From positions 1,920,001 through 1,984,000 of the forward strand of contig CBDBZU010000004.1 in NCBI GenBank assembly GCA_965213625.1: a DNA stretch of 64,000 nucleotides, read 5' to 3'. This DNA comes from a bacterium (GTDB lineage: Bacteria; UBA8248). A model generated the notes under the pieces. The model did not search any database. It was not told where the DNA came from and saw only the letters and a program-made list of their open reading frames with translations. Made by a program: the position numbers and the translations under genes. Positions 21,480 through 32,120 of this stretch are shown in pieces (position 1 is the stretch's first letter; every line of letters begins with the position of its first letter).

Positions 21480-21725
21480 CCTTGTCGCACGCCACCCTCA
21501 TCGAGGCCGTCTACCGCATGGTCTACGTGATGGCGACCCTGGATCGGCGTCGGTGAAGCTGAAACCGGCCTCGGACTGCGCGGCTCGCGGGAAGTACGCC
21601 GCTCGCCGCGTTCGGCCTCATGACACCAGACCAGCACCAGGCACAACAGCGCGCCGCCGAAGCCGCACCAGGCGCCGAGCTCGGCGGACCGCTTCGCCGT
21701 GCGGAAGAGTAGATACCGTCCGCCC
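21480..21725. pseudogene. Joined scraps of mobilisation genes (homologs of 47086-47472 on + and 42112-42672 on -)
   Basis: HATLIEAVYRMVYVMATLDR (+) abuts TAKRSAELGAWCGFGGALLCLVLVWCHEAERG (-). Confidence 0.75.
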
Positions 21726-21729
21726 ATAG

Positions 21730-22344
21730 ATATACGAACTCCTCGCCATGCCACGCCCGCTTGTGTCACGCGGCGTACGCGCGGTCCCAGCCCTCCTTGA
21801 GACGCGCGATGCTCGACGGGGACAATCCCCCCACCGATTCGCCGAACAGCGCCCGCAGCGCCCCGAAGTCGTTCGTCGATACCCCCTTCAGCTACAACCA
21901 CGGGATCACCGCCTCCACACGATTCGTCTTCTTCAGGTACCGAGGCAACAACTCCGAGCGGAAGCGCCGGCCAGAACCCGAGCGGTCCCGCGTCCGCGGC
22001 ACCTGGACCTCGACCGGGCCCACACCCGTCAATACCTCCCGCGACGGAAGATAACCGTTGCGTACCACCGCGCGGCGGCCCTGCGCGTCATGCTCGCCTG
22101 CATGTTCTCCCAGAAAGGCCTTCAACTCCGCTTCCACCGCCTGGCGGATGATTCGCTGCGCGCCCGCGCGCACCAGATCGCTCAACTCGTCACGGAACGC
22201 TGGACTTACAAAGGGTATCGTCTTATCTTCTCTCATGGTGGCGCATCTCCTTGTGCTGAATGACCGGGCTCTTTGACAAACCCATTTCAGCAGGATGCGC
22301 CGCCTTTTTCAATTCAGCTCATACACAACTTCTGACAGTAACTC
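21730..22344 (-). mobile_element. IS256-family remnant
   Basis: VRNGYLPSREVLTGVGPVEVQVPRTRDR...PWL*LKGVSTNDF; end-like GAGTTACTGTCAGAAGTTGTGT at ~22323-22344. Confidence 0.85.
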
Positions 22345-22354
22345 GGCGCCCCAT

Positions 22355-22717
22355 GCTGACGGCGCCATTCAAATCGGAAGAAGATCCGGGCGCTTTGGGT
22401 GCATAAAGGGCTCTTTAAGATCGATTTTTATTGAGAGAACAACAAAATCATCCGTATCTGGTCGGCGGTGAGGCCCGCTTCGTCACAGCCCGCCGGCCGA
22501 CACCGGCGCGACAGGCCGCGCAGAATTTGCAATGAATCCGCTATCTTTATGATTACGGGCCTTGAAACACAGAATCCACGCCATCATGAAATAATTGTAA
22601 CAAATTAAATATCAATTAGATAAAAGAATTCAACGCTTCCCAAAATGAGTCCTCAACCCAAAAAGTCGGAAATTCGCTGAAAATCCCTTTTTCTATGTAT
22701 TCAGGAGGACTCACTAA
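22355..22717 (+). repeat. Conserved lipoprotein leader, copy 3
   Basis: Ends ...AAAATCCCTTTTTCTATGTATTCAGGAGGACTCACTAA-ATG, identical in copies 2-5. Confidence 0.9.
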
Positions 22718-24769
22718 ATGAAGTTCAGAGAGAAATCGATAAGCAAGCTTTACGCTTTTGCCCTGGCGGCGGTTTTCGCACTGACGCTGGCCGGCTGCGG
22801 CGGCGGCGGTGGCACGGCTGAGGAGCCGCCCCCGATGCCGACTCCGCAGGAGATGTGCGCGGATGCGGGCAATAGCTGGGTGGACGGTGCGTGCCTGACG
22901 CCCGCACAGGTGAAGTTCAATGAGACGCTCGCGGCCATCATGGCGGCCACCACGGCGGAAGCTGCCCAGGCGGCTTACGATGTGGTAAAGGACGATGTTA
23001 GCGCCTCGGATGGCGAGAAGCTTCAAGCTGCGGTCGATGAAAGAGTGGGTGCGCTTGCAATGATGGCGCGGGCCGAAGAGCAGAAGATGGCGCTGACGAT
23101 GGCCGCCGCCGACCTTGGCGCGATCGATCTTGAAGATCTGGACACGGCAGAAAAGATCGCCGCGGCCAACGATGCTATTGAGGCACTCAAAATGGCGTTG
23201 GCTAACGCGGCCGACGTGAGCGACGAAGACAAGGCCATGTACCAGACACAACTCGACGAGGCGGGCGCCGACGTGCGGATGGCGCAGACCGGTCTCAATA
23301 CCCAAGAGCGCATGGCGGCGCAGCGCACGGAGATCAACAATGCGGCCTCGATGGCCCGGACTGCGGTCGCCGGGGTGAGCGACACCTCCACCGATAGCGA
23401 GGTTGCTGCGGCGGACGCGGCGGTCCAGGCCGTCAAGGACGCGATCGCAGCCGCAGCGGATCTGTCGGAGGACGATGCCGCCATCATCGCTGCCAACGCC
23501 GTGCTTGAGACGATCGAGCCGCTCCTTGCCAAGGCCAAGACGAGCCGCATGGAGTATTTGGCCAAGAAGGGCGACGAGGACATGAAGGCCAATACCGCTC
23601 TGGGCAAGGCGCTGCACGCGGCGCTGGGAGGGCCCCAAGCAGGTGGTAACGCGCTGGCCAACATCGCCCCACCGACCCTGTCGGCGACCGGCCTCGACAT
23701 TGATGCTGCCCAAGGTGCGGGAGCTCTCGGAGACAGCGATGACGACCCTCGCCTCGCGACCCTCAAGGCCGGCGATTCCGCCGGAGCGTTGGGCAGCTGG
23801 AACGGCATGGACTATGCTCAATCCTCGGGTACCGGCGACGACAAGGTCACGAACGAAGCCAGGGTGTACACCAACCGGGGTCCGGCGGGGACGCAACCCT
23901 TCAGCGGGACAGGCGGAAAATACAACCTCGACGAAAACGGTTCGGTGGCGGTGAGTAACACAGCGCTAGTCATGGCCGCCGCATTCACGCACCAGGGAAA
24001 GCAGGATCACGCGGTGCCGAAACAACAAGATGCGGTGTACATTAAAGGCACATACGACGGTGCGCCGGGGACATTCAGATGCCAAACCGGTTGTTCATCG
24101 ACCAATGACGGCAAGGGCAGCCCGAATGAATTGGGCGGAATCTGGACGTTCGAGCCCGAAAAGGGCGCGATGGCGTCCAAGCCCGATGCCAACTACCTGT
24201 ACTACGGCTGGTGGGTGAGCAAGGACAATGACGGCGAGCCGACGGCCGCCAGCGCGTTCACCGGGATAGTGGGCAATGTCGACGGCGACCAGGCCGCTGT
24301 TAACGGTATTAATCTGACCGGCTCGGCGACCTATGTCGGCAAAGCCGTCGGCAAGTTCGCCATGAGCAATCCACTTGACGGCACGGGCAACGGCGGCCAC
24401 TTCACGGCGGACGCCGAACTGAAGGCCACGTTTGGGTCTGGCGCGACTGCAGGTATGACTGGCACGATCGACAACTTCCGGCTGAACGACGGGTCCGAGG
24501 ATCCAGGCTGGGGCGTGTCGCTGGCCCGCGGCACTTGGGCTGCCAACGGAGAAATCACAGCTCCCTCTGAGAAACCCACGGTCTGGTCGATCAACGGCAA
24601 CAAGGCGCCGGCGTCCGGCACCTGGAGCGGTAGGATGTACGACGAAATGCCCGGAGGCGCACCGGACGGCGACGGCAACAACATCCCGACCACTGTGACC
24701 GGCACCTTCTATTCCGAGTTCAGCACGATTGGCCGGATGGTCGGCGCGTTCGGCGCGAACAAGCAGTAG
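22718..24769 (+). CDS. Surface lipoprotein paralog 3 (TbpB-like C-terminal barrel)
   Basis: 683 aa; LAGC lipobox; long Ala-rich stalk; YLYYGWW, ATYVGKAVGKF, GHFTADAELKATFG; C-terminal GRMVGAFGA. Confidence 0.88.
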   Translation: MKFREKSISKLYAFALAAVFALTLAGCGGGGGTAEEPPPMPTPQEMCADAGNSWVDGACLTPAQVKFNETLAAIMAATTAEAAQAAYDVVKDDVSASDGEKLQAAVDERVGALAMMARAEEQKMALTMAAADLGAIDLEDLDTAEKIAAANDAIEALKMALANAADVSDEDKAMYQTQLDEAGADVRMAQTGLNTQERMAAQRTEINNAASMARTAVAGVSDTSTDSEVAAADAAVQAVKDAIAAAADLSEDDAAIIAANAVLETIEPLLAKAKTSRMEYLAKKGDEDMKANTALGKALHAALGGPQAGGNALANIAPPTLSATGLDIDAAQGAGALGDSDDDPRLATLKAGDSAGALGSWNGMDYAQSSGTGDDKVTNEARVYTNRGPAGTQPFSGTGGKYNLDENGSVAVSNTALVMAAAFTHQGKQDHAVPKQQDAVYIKGTYDGAPGTFRCQTGCSSTNDGKGSPNELGGIWTFEPEKGAMASKPDANYLYYGWWVSKDNDGEPTAASAFTGIVGNVDGDQAAVNGINLTGSATYVGKAVGKFAMSNPLDGTGNGGHFTADAELKATFGSGATAGMTGTIDNFRLNDGSEDPGWGVSLARGTWAANGEITAPSEKPTVWSINGNKAPASGTWSGRMYDEMPGGAPDGDGNNIPTTVTGTFYSEFSTIGRMVGAFGANKQ

Positions 24770-24834
24770 TAGCGAAGAGCAACGACGCCTCAGGCCTTCG
24801 GGGCTTAACGGCCCCGGGGCCCAAGGCGAATGGA

Positions 24835-25450
24835 GGAAGCGAAAAGGGGGTTGCCCGTTGGTTGCTCTCTCGTGATGGGTAAACTGTACCGCTCCTGGCT
24901 ATGAGTTTGAGTCCTCGAGCCGGGAACGGGAACAACGAGCAACCCCTGTTCTTCTTTCTACGCGACTCGGATGTGCTTGAAATAAGAGAAAAAGGGACTA
25001 CCCCCCTCTCCAGGAACAACCCGGGATAGAGAGGGAGGGTAGTCCCTTTCTTATGTGGACATCTTTCAAGCTATTCGGTGTAGATTCAGGAGTTTTCCGC
25101 TCTCGCTGCCGTTCTCCCGTGCCGAGTATGCTTTTTCTTATTCGTGTCTGCCTGTCGCAAGAGCACCAGAAACCTCCTTGGCGGGTTTTTGCATCCCTTA
25201 TTTCAAGGGAGCATATCATCCTACCATTTGATCCATGGTTTCGAAGCCGACCCTCTTGAATCGATGAATTTGACTTTAGGTATTTACTGATTCATGTTCC
25301 CGCCAGCGCGGAGATGAAGAGGGGAAGCCGGAGGATTCACTCGGAAACCCCCACCAAGAAAGCAAATTAAGCTGCTTTCGCCGGGAGACGACGGCGCATC
25401 CAGCGTTCCAGCCCCCCGGTATCCGGTTCCAGCGGAAGATGCATGTCCTT
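24835..25450 (+). repeat. Conserved lipoprotein trailer, copy 3 (junction element at 24847-24946)
   Basis: Aligns with 41281-41887 over ~600 bp. Confidence 0.9.
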
Positions 25451-25685
25451 CGTCGCAGGCCTGCGCGTGTCCGGCTCATCAGGGGATCAAGTTCATCCGG
25501 CCGGGTTTCACGGATCAAGTCAAGGACCAATTCGGGTAAGAGCGCGCGGCACGGTCGAAGACTTCGACCGAAATCGCTCCTGCTCATTCTCAAGTCGGTG
25601 CGCTTGGATAACGGTCTCGAAAGCGGTTGCACCGGTCTTCCTGATGGTCTTCATTCGAACTCCGAGCGGGGCAAACCGGATTGGC

Positions 25686-26623
25686 GGAAGCGGTAATGCA
25701 CACTTACCCCATCATGATAACGGGCAGTGTGTGACCCTTTTGTTGTGAGGCGGCTCGGAGTAAAACCAAATCGCGCGGCGTCCAGACTCCTGTTGATGGT
25801 TTGATCCGGCAAGCCGGTCGCCATTGCAGTGTCCAAAAAAAGGTTGCCAAACAGGACTGGGCAATGCCGCCCCTGTCCGACCGAGCTTTTCGGCGACCTC
25901 CTGATGGGCACAGTGAGGCCATTCCGAAAGCCGCTGGAATCGCCCGAATTCGTCCCGCCGTGCTGCTAGCGCGAATCGAGGACGTCGTCGCCGTCCGAAC
26001 CCAGGGTGCGTTCGATCAATTGATCGGTGACGTCCTCGAAGTAGCTCTCGAGTTCATCGTGAAGGAGATTGAATTCCGGCCACACCACTTGCTCGAAGAA
26101 CTCCTGGCGGGCGCGTACCATGACGGTCGTCCGCCGCTGCCGCGCATGGCGGTAGGGACGTACGCCGTGCTTGCGGCAGACCGCCACGAACAACCGGACA
26201 GACCACATGTCCGGCAGAGAGAACTGAAACTCGATTCCCGGCTCGCGGTCCTCATCCGATGCGCCCAGACGGCCCCTCAGCCGCTCCAGCGCGGCTTCGG
26301 CCGCCGCCCGTTCCCCCTCGCTGCCGGCCCGCCGGAACAGCGCCTCCACCTTGCCGAGCTTCGCCCTCAGTTGTTCGTCGTCGACCATCGGATACGATTT
26401 CAATCGCCAGGCGCGGCGTCGACCAAGGGCGGCCGAAACCCTTCGCCCTCCCTTGGACCCAAGTCCTGAGTCCGTACCTACGTTTTTCGGTGGACGCACC
26501 GCTTACGCTTTTACACGTCCGTACGAGCACCGCGCAACCCTATTGACGTACCGTTTCCAGCCCACGTAAAAGCCTTCACTGGTATGCCAGGGTTTTCCGT
26601 TCCAAACTCTTTTCTACCCGTTA
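25686..26623 (-). repeat. Right arm of the inverted duplication (partner 17207-18199)
   Basis: See the left arm. Confidence 0.9.
25966..26388 (-). CDS. Hypothetical protein, DUF2786-like N-terminus (copy B)
   Basis: Near-identical to 17494-17919. Confidence 0.7.
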   Translation of the reverse strand: MVDDEQLRAKLGKVEALFRRAGSEGERAAAEAALERLRGRLGASDEDREPGIEFQFSLPDMWSVRLFVAVCRKHGVRPYRHARQRRTTVMVRARQEFFEQVVWPEFNLLHDELESYFEDVTDQLIERTLGSDGDDVLDSR

Positions 26624-26753
26624 GCTGTGATGCTTACCCGCGGTAAACAACGGCGCGAGACTTCAGGCGCTTCAGACAATCGACAGACGGGCGCTTGCTT
26701 GCCTGCCCACGACATGATAACAAATTGCTATCGGATATTTGGAGGAGATGGCG

Positions 26754-27011
26754 ATGGCTACGATCAATGTGCGGCAACTTGACGACAGCGTTGTGGACCG
26801 GCTCAAGCGGCGTGCTTCACTGAACAACCGCTCTCTGGAAGGCGAGGCGCGCCATATTCTGGAATGCGCCGCCGACAACGACATGGCGGCCAGACGCGCC
26901 GCGTTCCTGGCGGCTTCGGACCGACTGCGGCGAAAGACGGAGGGCCGCAAGCATACTCCGGCGGAAGTACTGATCCGCGAAGATCGCGACCACGGGCATC
27001 GTGACTTCTGA
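26754..27011 (+). CDS. FitA-like RHH antitoxin
   Basis: MATINVRQLDDSVVDRLKRRASLNNRSLEGEARHIL; GGAGGAG RBS. Confidence 0.85.
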   Translation: MATINVRQLDDSVVDRLKRRASLNNRSLEGEARHILECAADNDMAARRAAFLAASDRLRRKTEGRKHTPAEVLIREDRDHGHRDF

Positions 27012-27439
27012 TGCGGCTCGTCGTCGATGCAAGCGTGACGCTCAAGTGGCTGATTGGGGAAGCGGACTCTAGTTTTGCGCGAGACCTGGCGAAGAGCGGC
27101 GACGAGTTGCACGCGCCGCGCTTGATGGCCTGTGAAATCGCCAACGCCCTTTGGCGCAAGGCGCGCCTGGGCGAGATCGAGCGCGGCGACGTGGGCGCCA
27201 TGCTGGCTTTGGTGCCGGACATGCCGGTGCGCTGGGGCTCCGACGAGGCGGTATCCGCCGATGCGGCGCGTCTGGCGCTTGCACTCGATCACCCGGTCTA
27301 CGATTGCGTATATCTCGCGCTCGCGTACCGTATCGGCGCGGTGGTGGTGACGGCGGACTTGAGGTTCGCCAATATGCTGACGTCAACCGAACATGGCGAG
27401 GCCGTGCTAACACTGACCGATTATTCCAGGACACGATAG
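27011..27439 (+). CDS. vapC: VapC PIN-domain toxin
   Basis: LVVDASVTLKW...EIANAL...YDCVYLALA...VVTAD. Confidence 0.88.
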   Translation: MRLVVDASVTLKWLIGEADSSFARDLAKSGDELHAPRLMACEIANALWRKARLGEIERGDVGAMLALVPDMPVRWGSDEAVSADAARLALALDHPVYDCVYLALAYRIGAVVVTADLRFANMLTSTEHGEAVLTLTDYSRTR

Positions 27440-27704
27440 CGAAATATTTCAGGTAACCCTAAAGGGGTGTCCTGTCCGGACGAAAAGAACTTCAAGGGAC
27501 GAGCTTATGATTCCAAGCGGGAAGCCCCTTACCCGGTCGTTTGACATCGACCCGTTCACAGATTCAAATCCGCCTCCATGAGAGATAGAGGAGTGGTCTA
27601 GCGGTCGGACATCCAGGCGTTTCCAGAAGACACAAGACCGGGGCAATCTGGAATTACGGTCGTGGAGGTGCCCGATCGAGTGAGCGGGAACCTTGCGAAC
27701 GTGG

Positions 27705-29035
27705 CGTCGCCGACGAGTACGAGCTTGGGTATGCGCAGGGCGCCCGCGCTCCGGAGCAGGTCGCGGGCCTGGACGGTGGAGGCCAGCGATCCCTCATCAA
27801 CCACCAGCACGGTCTTGGCGAAGGCCGCGTGCATCTTTCTGGCGGCCCCTTTCGTGAGGCGGCCCTGGGCGACGCTGGCGTTGCGCGCCAGGAACCGCTG
27901 CAGGGTCTCGCTCTCAATCCCCGATTCCGCCTCCAGCCTGCGCACCACGGACGCCGAGGGGGCGAGGCCCGCTACGCGCCAGCCCTTCTTCCCCGCAATC
28001 GTTCGCGAGCGATCGAGCATCCGCGTCTTGCCCGCGCCGGCGTAGCCCTGCACGCCAACGGTCCGGTCCTTTTCTGTAAGGATGAGTTTCACCGCCCGCT
28101 TCTGCTCGGCCGTGAGCGGCCCCTTGCGCAGCTACCGGTCCACCATCCAGCCGCGCATCGCCGCACCACCCCGGCCCGAGCTCGCACGCATGAACGCGAT
28201 CGTCTCGCGCTACCGGGTGGCGGCCACATCTGTGGTGAGCCCGTCGCCTCCCTTGAGCGCAGGCGCATCGTGAACGCGGCCCTCGCGCGTGTGGTCCCCG
28301 ACGACCCGCTCGATGGCCCCGATGGACACGGAGCCGGGGCCGTGGGCGAGTGCTGCGGCGAGAATATCCGTCCTCGCGAACACCGCATAACGCTCCGAGA
28401 GATGGGCGAGCGCCCACTCGACGGCCTCCTTCGCGGGGTCCGTCCCGGGCGAAATATCCCCGCCCGCTTCCCGCGCCCACTCTTTCTTCAGGCCATGTAA
28501 CGCCCGTTGGCGGCCGATGCGACGAACGCTTTCGATTCGAGGCCGAGTTCCGACGCCTGTTTTTCCCAGATCCCGCGCAGCGCCTCCCTGTCGACCTCGC
28601 GCTTGTGCTCGCGGGTCATCAGGGCCGCCCGCCGGGCGAGGTGCTGGTTCTCCGCCGTGGCGCCGTGGCCCCGGCCCTCCATCGCCGCCTCGATCTCGGC
28701 GCGGCGCGAGGAGAACGCCTCGATGGTTTCGCGCGAGACGCCACCGATCTCGAACCGCCCGTCGGCGTGGGTCTTCTCGATGTCTCGTGCCGGAACGTGG
28801 CGATCACGGCCTTCTGGCCGCCGGCCCGGACCATGCGTCCGCTCGCCTGGTCCCGCATCCTGGTCTCGGCGGCGTTTCGCTCGAACTCCCCGAGCGCCTG
28901 GGTGACGGCGCGATCGTGGGCGGCTACGATGCGCGCATCCCCGCCGATGAGCGCGACCAGGGATACGGATTTGGGTGCGGAGAAGGTGAGGTCGCGCCCG
29001 GGCCGGTGGTGAATCTCTCCCTCCCGGGTCCTGCG
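27705..29035 (-). pseudogene. Degraded second copy of the MOBF relaxase-helicase
   Basis: Segments match 42672-45614 (HHRPGRDLTFSAPKSVS; GVQGYAGAGKT; VVDEGSL) with frameshifts and deletions; fused to trailer copy 4 at ~29036. Confidence 0.9.
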
Positions 29036-29261
29036 GCTTGAAAGATGTCCACATAAGAAAGGGACTACCCTCCCTCTCTATCCCGGGTTGTTCCTGGAGA
29101 GGGGGGCAGTCCCTTTTTCTCTTGGTGCATAAAGAAGAACAGGGGTTGCTCGTTGTTCCCGTTCCCGGATCGAGGACTCAAACTCATAGCCAGGAGCGGT
29201 ACAGTTTACCCATCACGAGAGAGGCAACCAACGGGCAACCCCCTATTCGTTCTCCTTCATT
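29036..29261 (-). repeat. Conserved lipoprotein trailer, copy 4 (truncated; junction element at 29142-29242)
   Basis: Matches the first ~230 bp of the other trailers. Confidence 0.9.
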
Positions 29262-29298
29262 CGCCTTTGGCGATGGGGCAAGCCCATCGCCAAAGGCG
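29262..29298 (-). terminator. Perfect 16-bp hairpin just after the paralog 4 stop
   Basis: CGCCTTTGGCGATGGG-5 nt-CCCATCGCCAAAGGCG. No U-tract, so a terminator role is uncertain. Confidence 0.45.
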
Positions 29299-29312
29299 TC
29301 TTGCTCCGCTGA

Positions 29313-31064
29313 CTAATCCTTTAACCGCGCGCCGAACGCGCCGGTAGCGCTTCCGTTGACGAAAGTGGTGTTGAACTCGCCAACCAATACTTCAGGAGCA
29401 TCTGCAGGAGCTCTACCATTAGGAGCGTGGAATTGCCCGGTCAGGGAACGGGAACCCTCATTCCCCTTCATGCCGGAAGCTACTCCATTTTCTAGCACAA
29501 ATTCACTTGTGATGCCTGCTGTAATACCTACATTCCAGTTATGGCTTTCGCCATGCTCCAATTGAAAATTGGAAATACTACCGTGGATCGAGTTTTCTTT
29601 CCGGGTTGTGCTTCCATCGAAGGCAACATTCAGAGACACGTCCGCAGTGAACCTGCCGGATGTTTTAACAGCTACAGTTGAATCCGGATTTAACGTGTTG
29701 TGAACGTAAACTCCCGCGGCCCCCCCGGAATATTCCGCCGTTCCAGTAACTTCATCCAATGTTCCGGCTGCATCTGGAAGTGAAGAGAAAGCAAAAGTTT
29801 GAACGGTGTCGTAAGATGAGACAGCCCCATCTTTTGTCGTTGTTTCCAACCAGAAGCCGTAGTGCATATAGTCCTTATCCGCAACATCAACCATGGCTCC
29901 GGAATCTGGAGTGAACGTCCATGTTCCCGTCATAGCTGTTGCCTTACCTTTATCGTTAATTGTTACTACACAATCGGCATCGGTACACAGATATGTGCCC
30001 ATCGCACCATCGAAGCTGCCTCTGTGCATACCCTCATTTACAGCTGGAGTTGTACCATCGTCATTATCGAATTCTTTCCTTGTTGTGGCGCCTTCGTCAG
30101 GTATCGTTAAACCCAGGTCCACATGCGCCAAATGGTCGGTAGTGTTTACTTGAAGTGCTCTGAAATCATCTGCAGTGGTGTCCGTGTCGTTGTTTGCATC
30201 CAACCTATAGACCTTGGAAAACGCGGTCGGTTTGGGAGCCTCAATATCCGTGTGAACGACGATAATCTCCCTGCTGCTTCCGATATCTCGTGTAAGCATC
30301 TGACCATCGCCGAACCTGGCAACGCTGGAGAATTTCGGGTCGCCTTTGGCAAGGTTCTGCTCGTCAAGGACACCAACAGTTGCCATTGTCCCATCGTGCT
30401 TTACTGTAAGCCTATAATTGGTGGTAGCATCTGCATTAGGTTCAGCTTCATCTCCTATATCGGTGTCACCATCGAATGGCCGATCTTGTCCAGTACCGGA
30501 ATTTGCTTCTGCTGCGATAGCATCTTCCTTTGTTCCTGCGACCTTGTTGGCAGCCGCTTGCGCCGCCGCCGCCGCTGCCGCCGCATCGTCATCCGCCTTG
30601 GCCTGATTCACCATGCCGGCATACGCCACAGCGTCATCCCTGGCGGCTTCCGCATCCGCCTGAGCAGCTTCTGCCGCTCCTGACGTGGTGGCGGCCTGGG
30701 CAGCGCTGTTCGCCGCCTCCGCCGCACCGAGAGCCCGCAGAGCGGCGTCGTAGGAATCAGAGTCGGAATCACGATTCGCCGCCGCTGCGTTCACAGCCGC
30801 CATAGCCGCATTGTAAGCAGCCTGCGCTGCTGCTTGTGCATCTGTCAGTTTCATGGCTTCCAGTTCCGCAGCCGTGGTGCATGTGTTGTCCGCATTCCAG
30901 CGGCCGCCCGCATCCACGCATTCCATCTGCGGATCAGGCATCGGGGGCGGCTCTTCAACGGCAGCAGTCCCGCCGCCGCCGCCGCAGCCGGCCAGCGTCA
31001 GCGCGAACACCGCCGCCAGGGCAAAAGCGTAAAGCTTGCTTATCGATTTCTCTCTGAACTTCAT
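29313..31064 (-). CDS. Surface lipoprotein paralog 4 (TbpB-like C-terminal barrel)
   Basis: 583 aa; first ~174 aa nearly identical to paralog 5; YMHYGFWL, AEYSGGAAGVY; C-terminal GEFNTTFVNGSATGAFGA. Confidence 0.88.
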   Translation of the reverse strand: MKFREKSISKLYAFALAAVFALTLAGCGGGGGTAAVEEPPPMPDPQMECVDAGGRWNADNTCTTAAELEAMKLTDAQAAAQAAYNAAMAAVNAAAANRDSDSDSYDAALRALGAAEAANSAAQAATTSGAAEAAQADAEAARDDAVAYAGMVNQAKADDDAAAAAAAAQAAANKVAGTKEDAIAAEANSGTGQDRPFDGDTDIGDEAEPNADATTNYRLTVKHDGTMATVGVLDEQNLAKGDPKFSSVARFGDGQMLTRDIGSSREIIVVHTDIEAPKPTAFSKVYRLDANNDTDTTADDFRALQVNTTDHLAHVDLGLTIPDEGATTRKEFDNDDGTTPAVNEGMHRGSFDGAMGTYLCTDADCVVTINDKGKATAMTGTWTFTPDSGAMVDVADKDYMHYGFWLETTTKDGAVSSYDTVQTFAFSSLPDAAGTLDEVTGTAEYSGGAAGVYVHNTLNPDSTVAVKTSGRFTADVSLNVAFDGSTTRKENSIHGSISNFQLEHGESHNWNVGITAGITSEFVLENGVASGMKGNEGSRSLTGQFHAPNGRAPADAPEVLVGEFNTTFVNGSATGAFGARLKD

Positions 31065-31120
31065 TTAGTGAGTCCTCCTGAATACATAGAAAAAGGGATT
31101 TTCAGCGAATTTCCGACTTT
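31065..31120 (-). repeat. Conserved lipoprotein leader, copy 4 (proximal ~55 bp only)
   Basis: Identity to the other leaders ends after AAAGTCGGAAATTCGCTG. Confidence 0.85.
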
Positions 31121-31515
31121 CTGTAAATTCTCACATCCTCCTTTCTTATCATTGAAATCCATTATCTAACCCTGGGTCATTGTCTTCCAATTAATGGAGG
31201 GCGGATACTACCGGGCACGCCATCCGGACTTCATGGGACACGATTCCTGATTCAAAAAAAATTGTTTGGTCCATTAAGCTTCATTATCTTGAACCCGTCT
31301 CCTTTTTCAGGCGACGACCACTCCGTTCGAGAACCCTTCCATTGAACCAGCACAACCTCAATACCGACATGCGTTCGGGGTCGGCTACAACGTTTGCCAC
31401 GAGGCCCGAACTACCAATGTAGGCCCCCGCCTGTTCCGATCCTCATGAGAGGACCATATCCTACCCAGCGAGCATCCCCGAGTCAATCGTGCCTCTTGAT
31501 TTCTTCTGCTACATT

Positions 31516-31560
31516 GATATTGCTACAGCTTTTTCCGTTTTGTCAAGGTGATTTTCTCGG
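31516..31560 (-). promoter_or_regulatory. Promoter-like repeat (TTGACA...TGTAGCAAT), also at 58126-58169
   Basis: CGAGAAAATCACCTTGACAAAAC-N8-TGTAGCAATATC-like sequence at both loci. Confidence 0.55.
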
Positions 31561-32120
31561 TTGATTCGGCCTTGGGTGAGAAGACCGCAATCGGCGGGCG
31601 GGCAAAACATAAAACCATCACCTTATTAACTATCATTATATGAATATGAAGTGAATCCCGGCAGATTGTCAAGTTATTCCTTTTGCCCAGCGGGCTATTG
31701 CCGAACCCGGCGTGCCGACCCTGTCTCATCAAACGTTTGCCCCTTGATTTTTTTCCGGCCTGCCATCGTTCCTGTGTCATTCGCTCCAGGGTAGCTCGGG
31801 TGCTCGGGGATACCCTCGAGTTTCTCCCCGCCCCGAAACGCAATTCCCCTGGTCCGCAGGCGCATGCACGATGAGCGCAGCGCCGGAACAGCGACGATTC
31901 GAGCGTTTCGAGCGGCATTTTCGCCGCGAGTTGCGTCGCCGCTCATACGAAGTGATGACGGAAAAACCCTCGGGGAGGCGCGCCGGCGATGGCGGGCCGC
32001 ACTGGCCCGGATGCCTGGATCCCGAAGCACCGAACCACAAAACCTGTAGGTTGCGGCAGCCCCGTTGACGGCGGATGACGGCATGACGATGAAGGCCGTT
32101 TTCCGGATCGAGTCCTCGAC

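Noticed and set aside
22560-22590. Sigma-32 or sigma-54 promoter in the leader (CTTGAAA...CGCCAT; GG...TTGC)
   Set aside because: Spacing does not fit either consensus (11 nt for sigma-32; GG misplaced for sigma-54).
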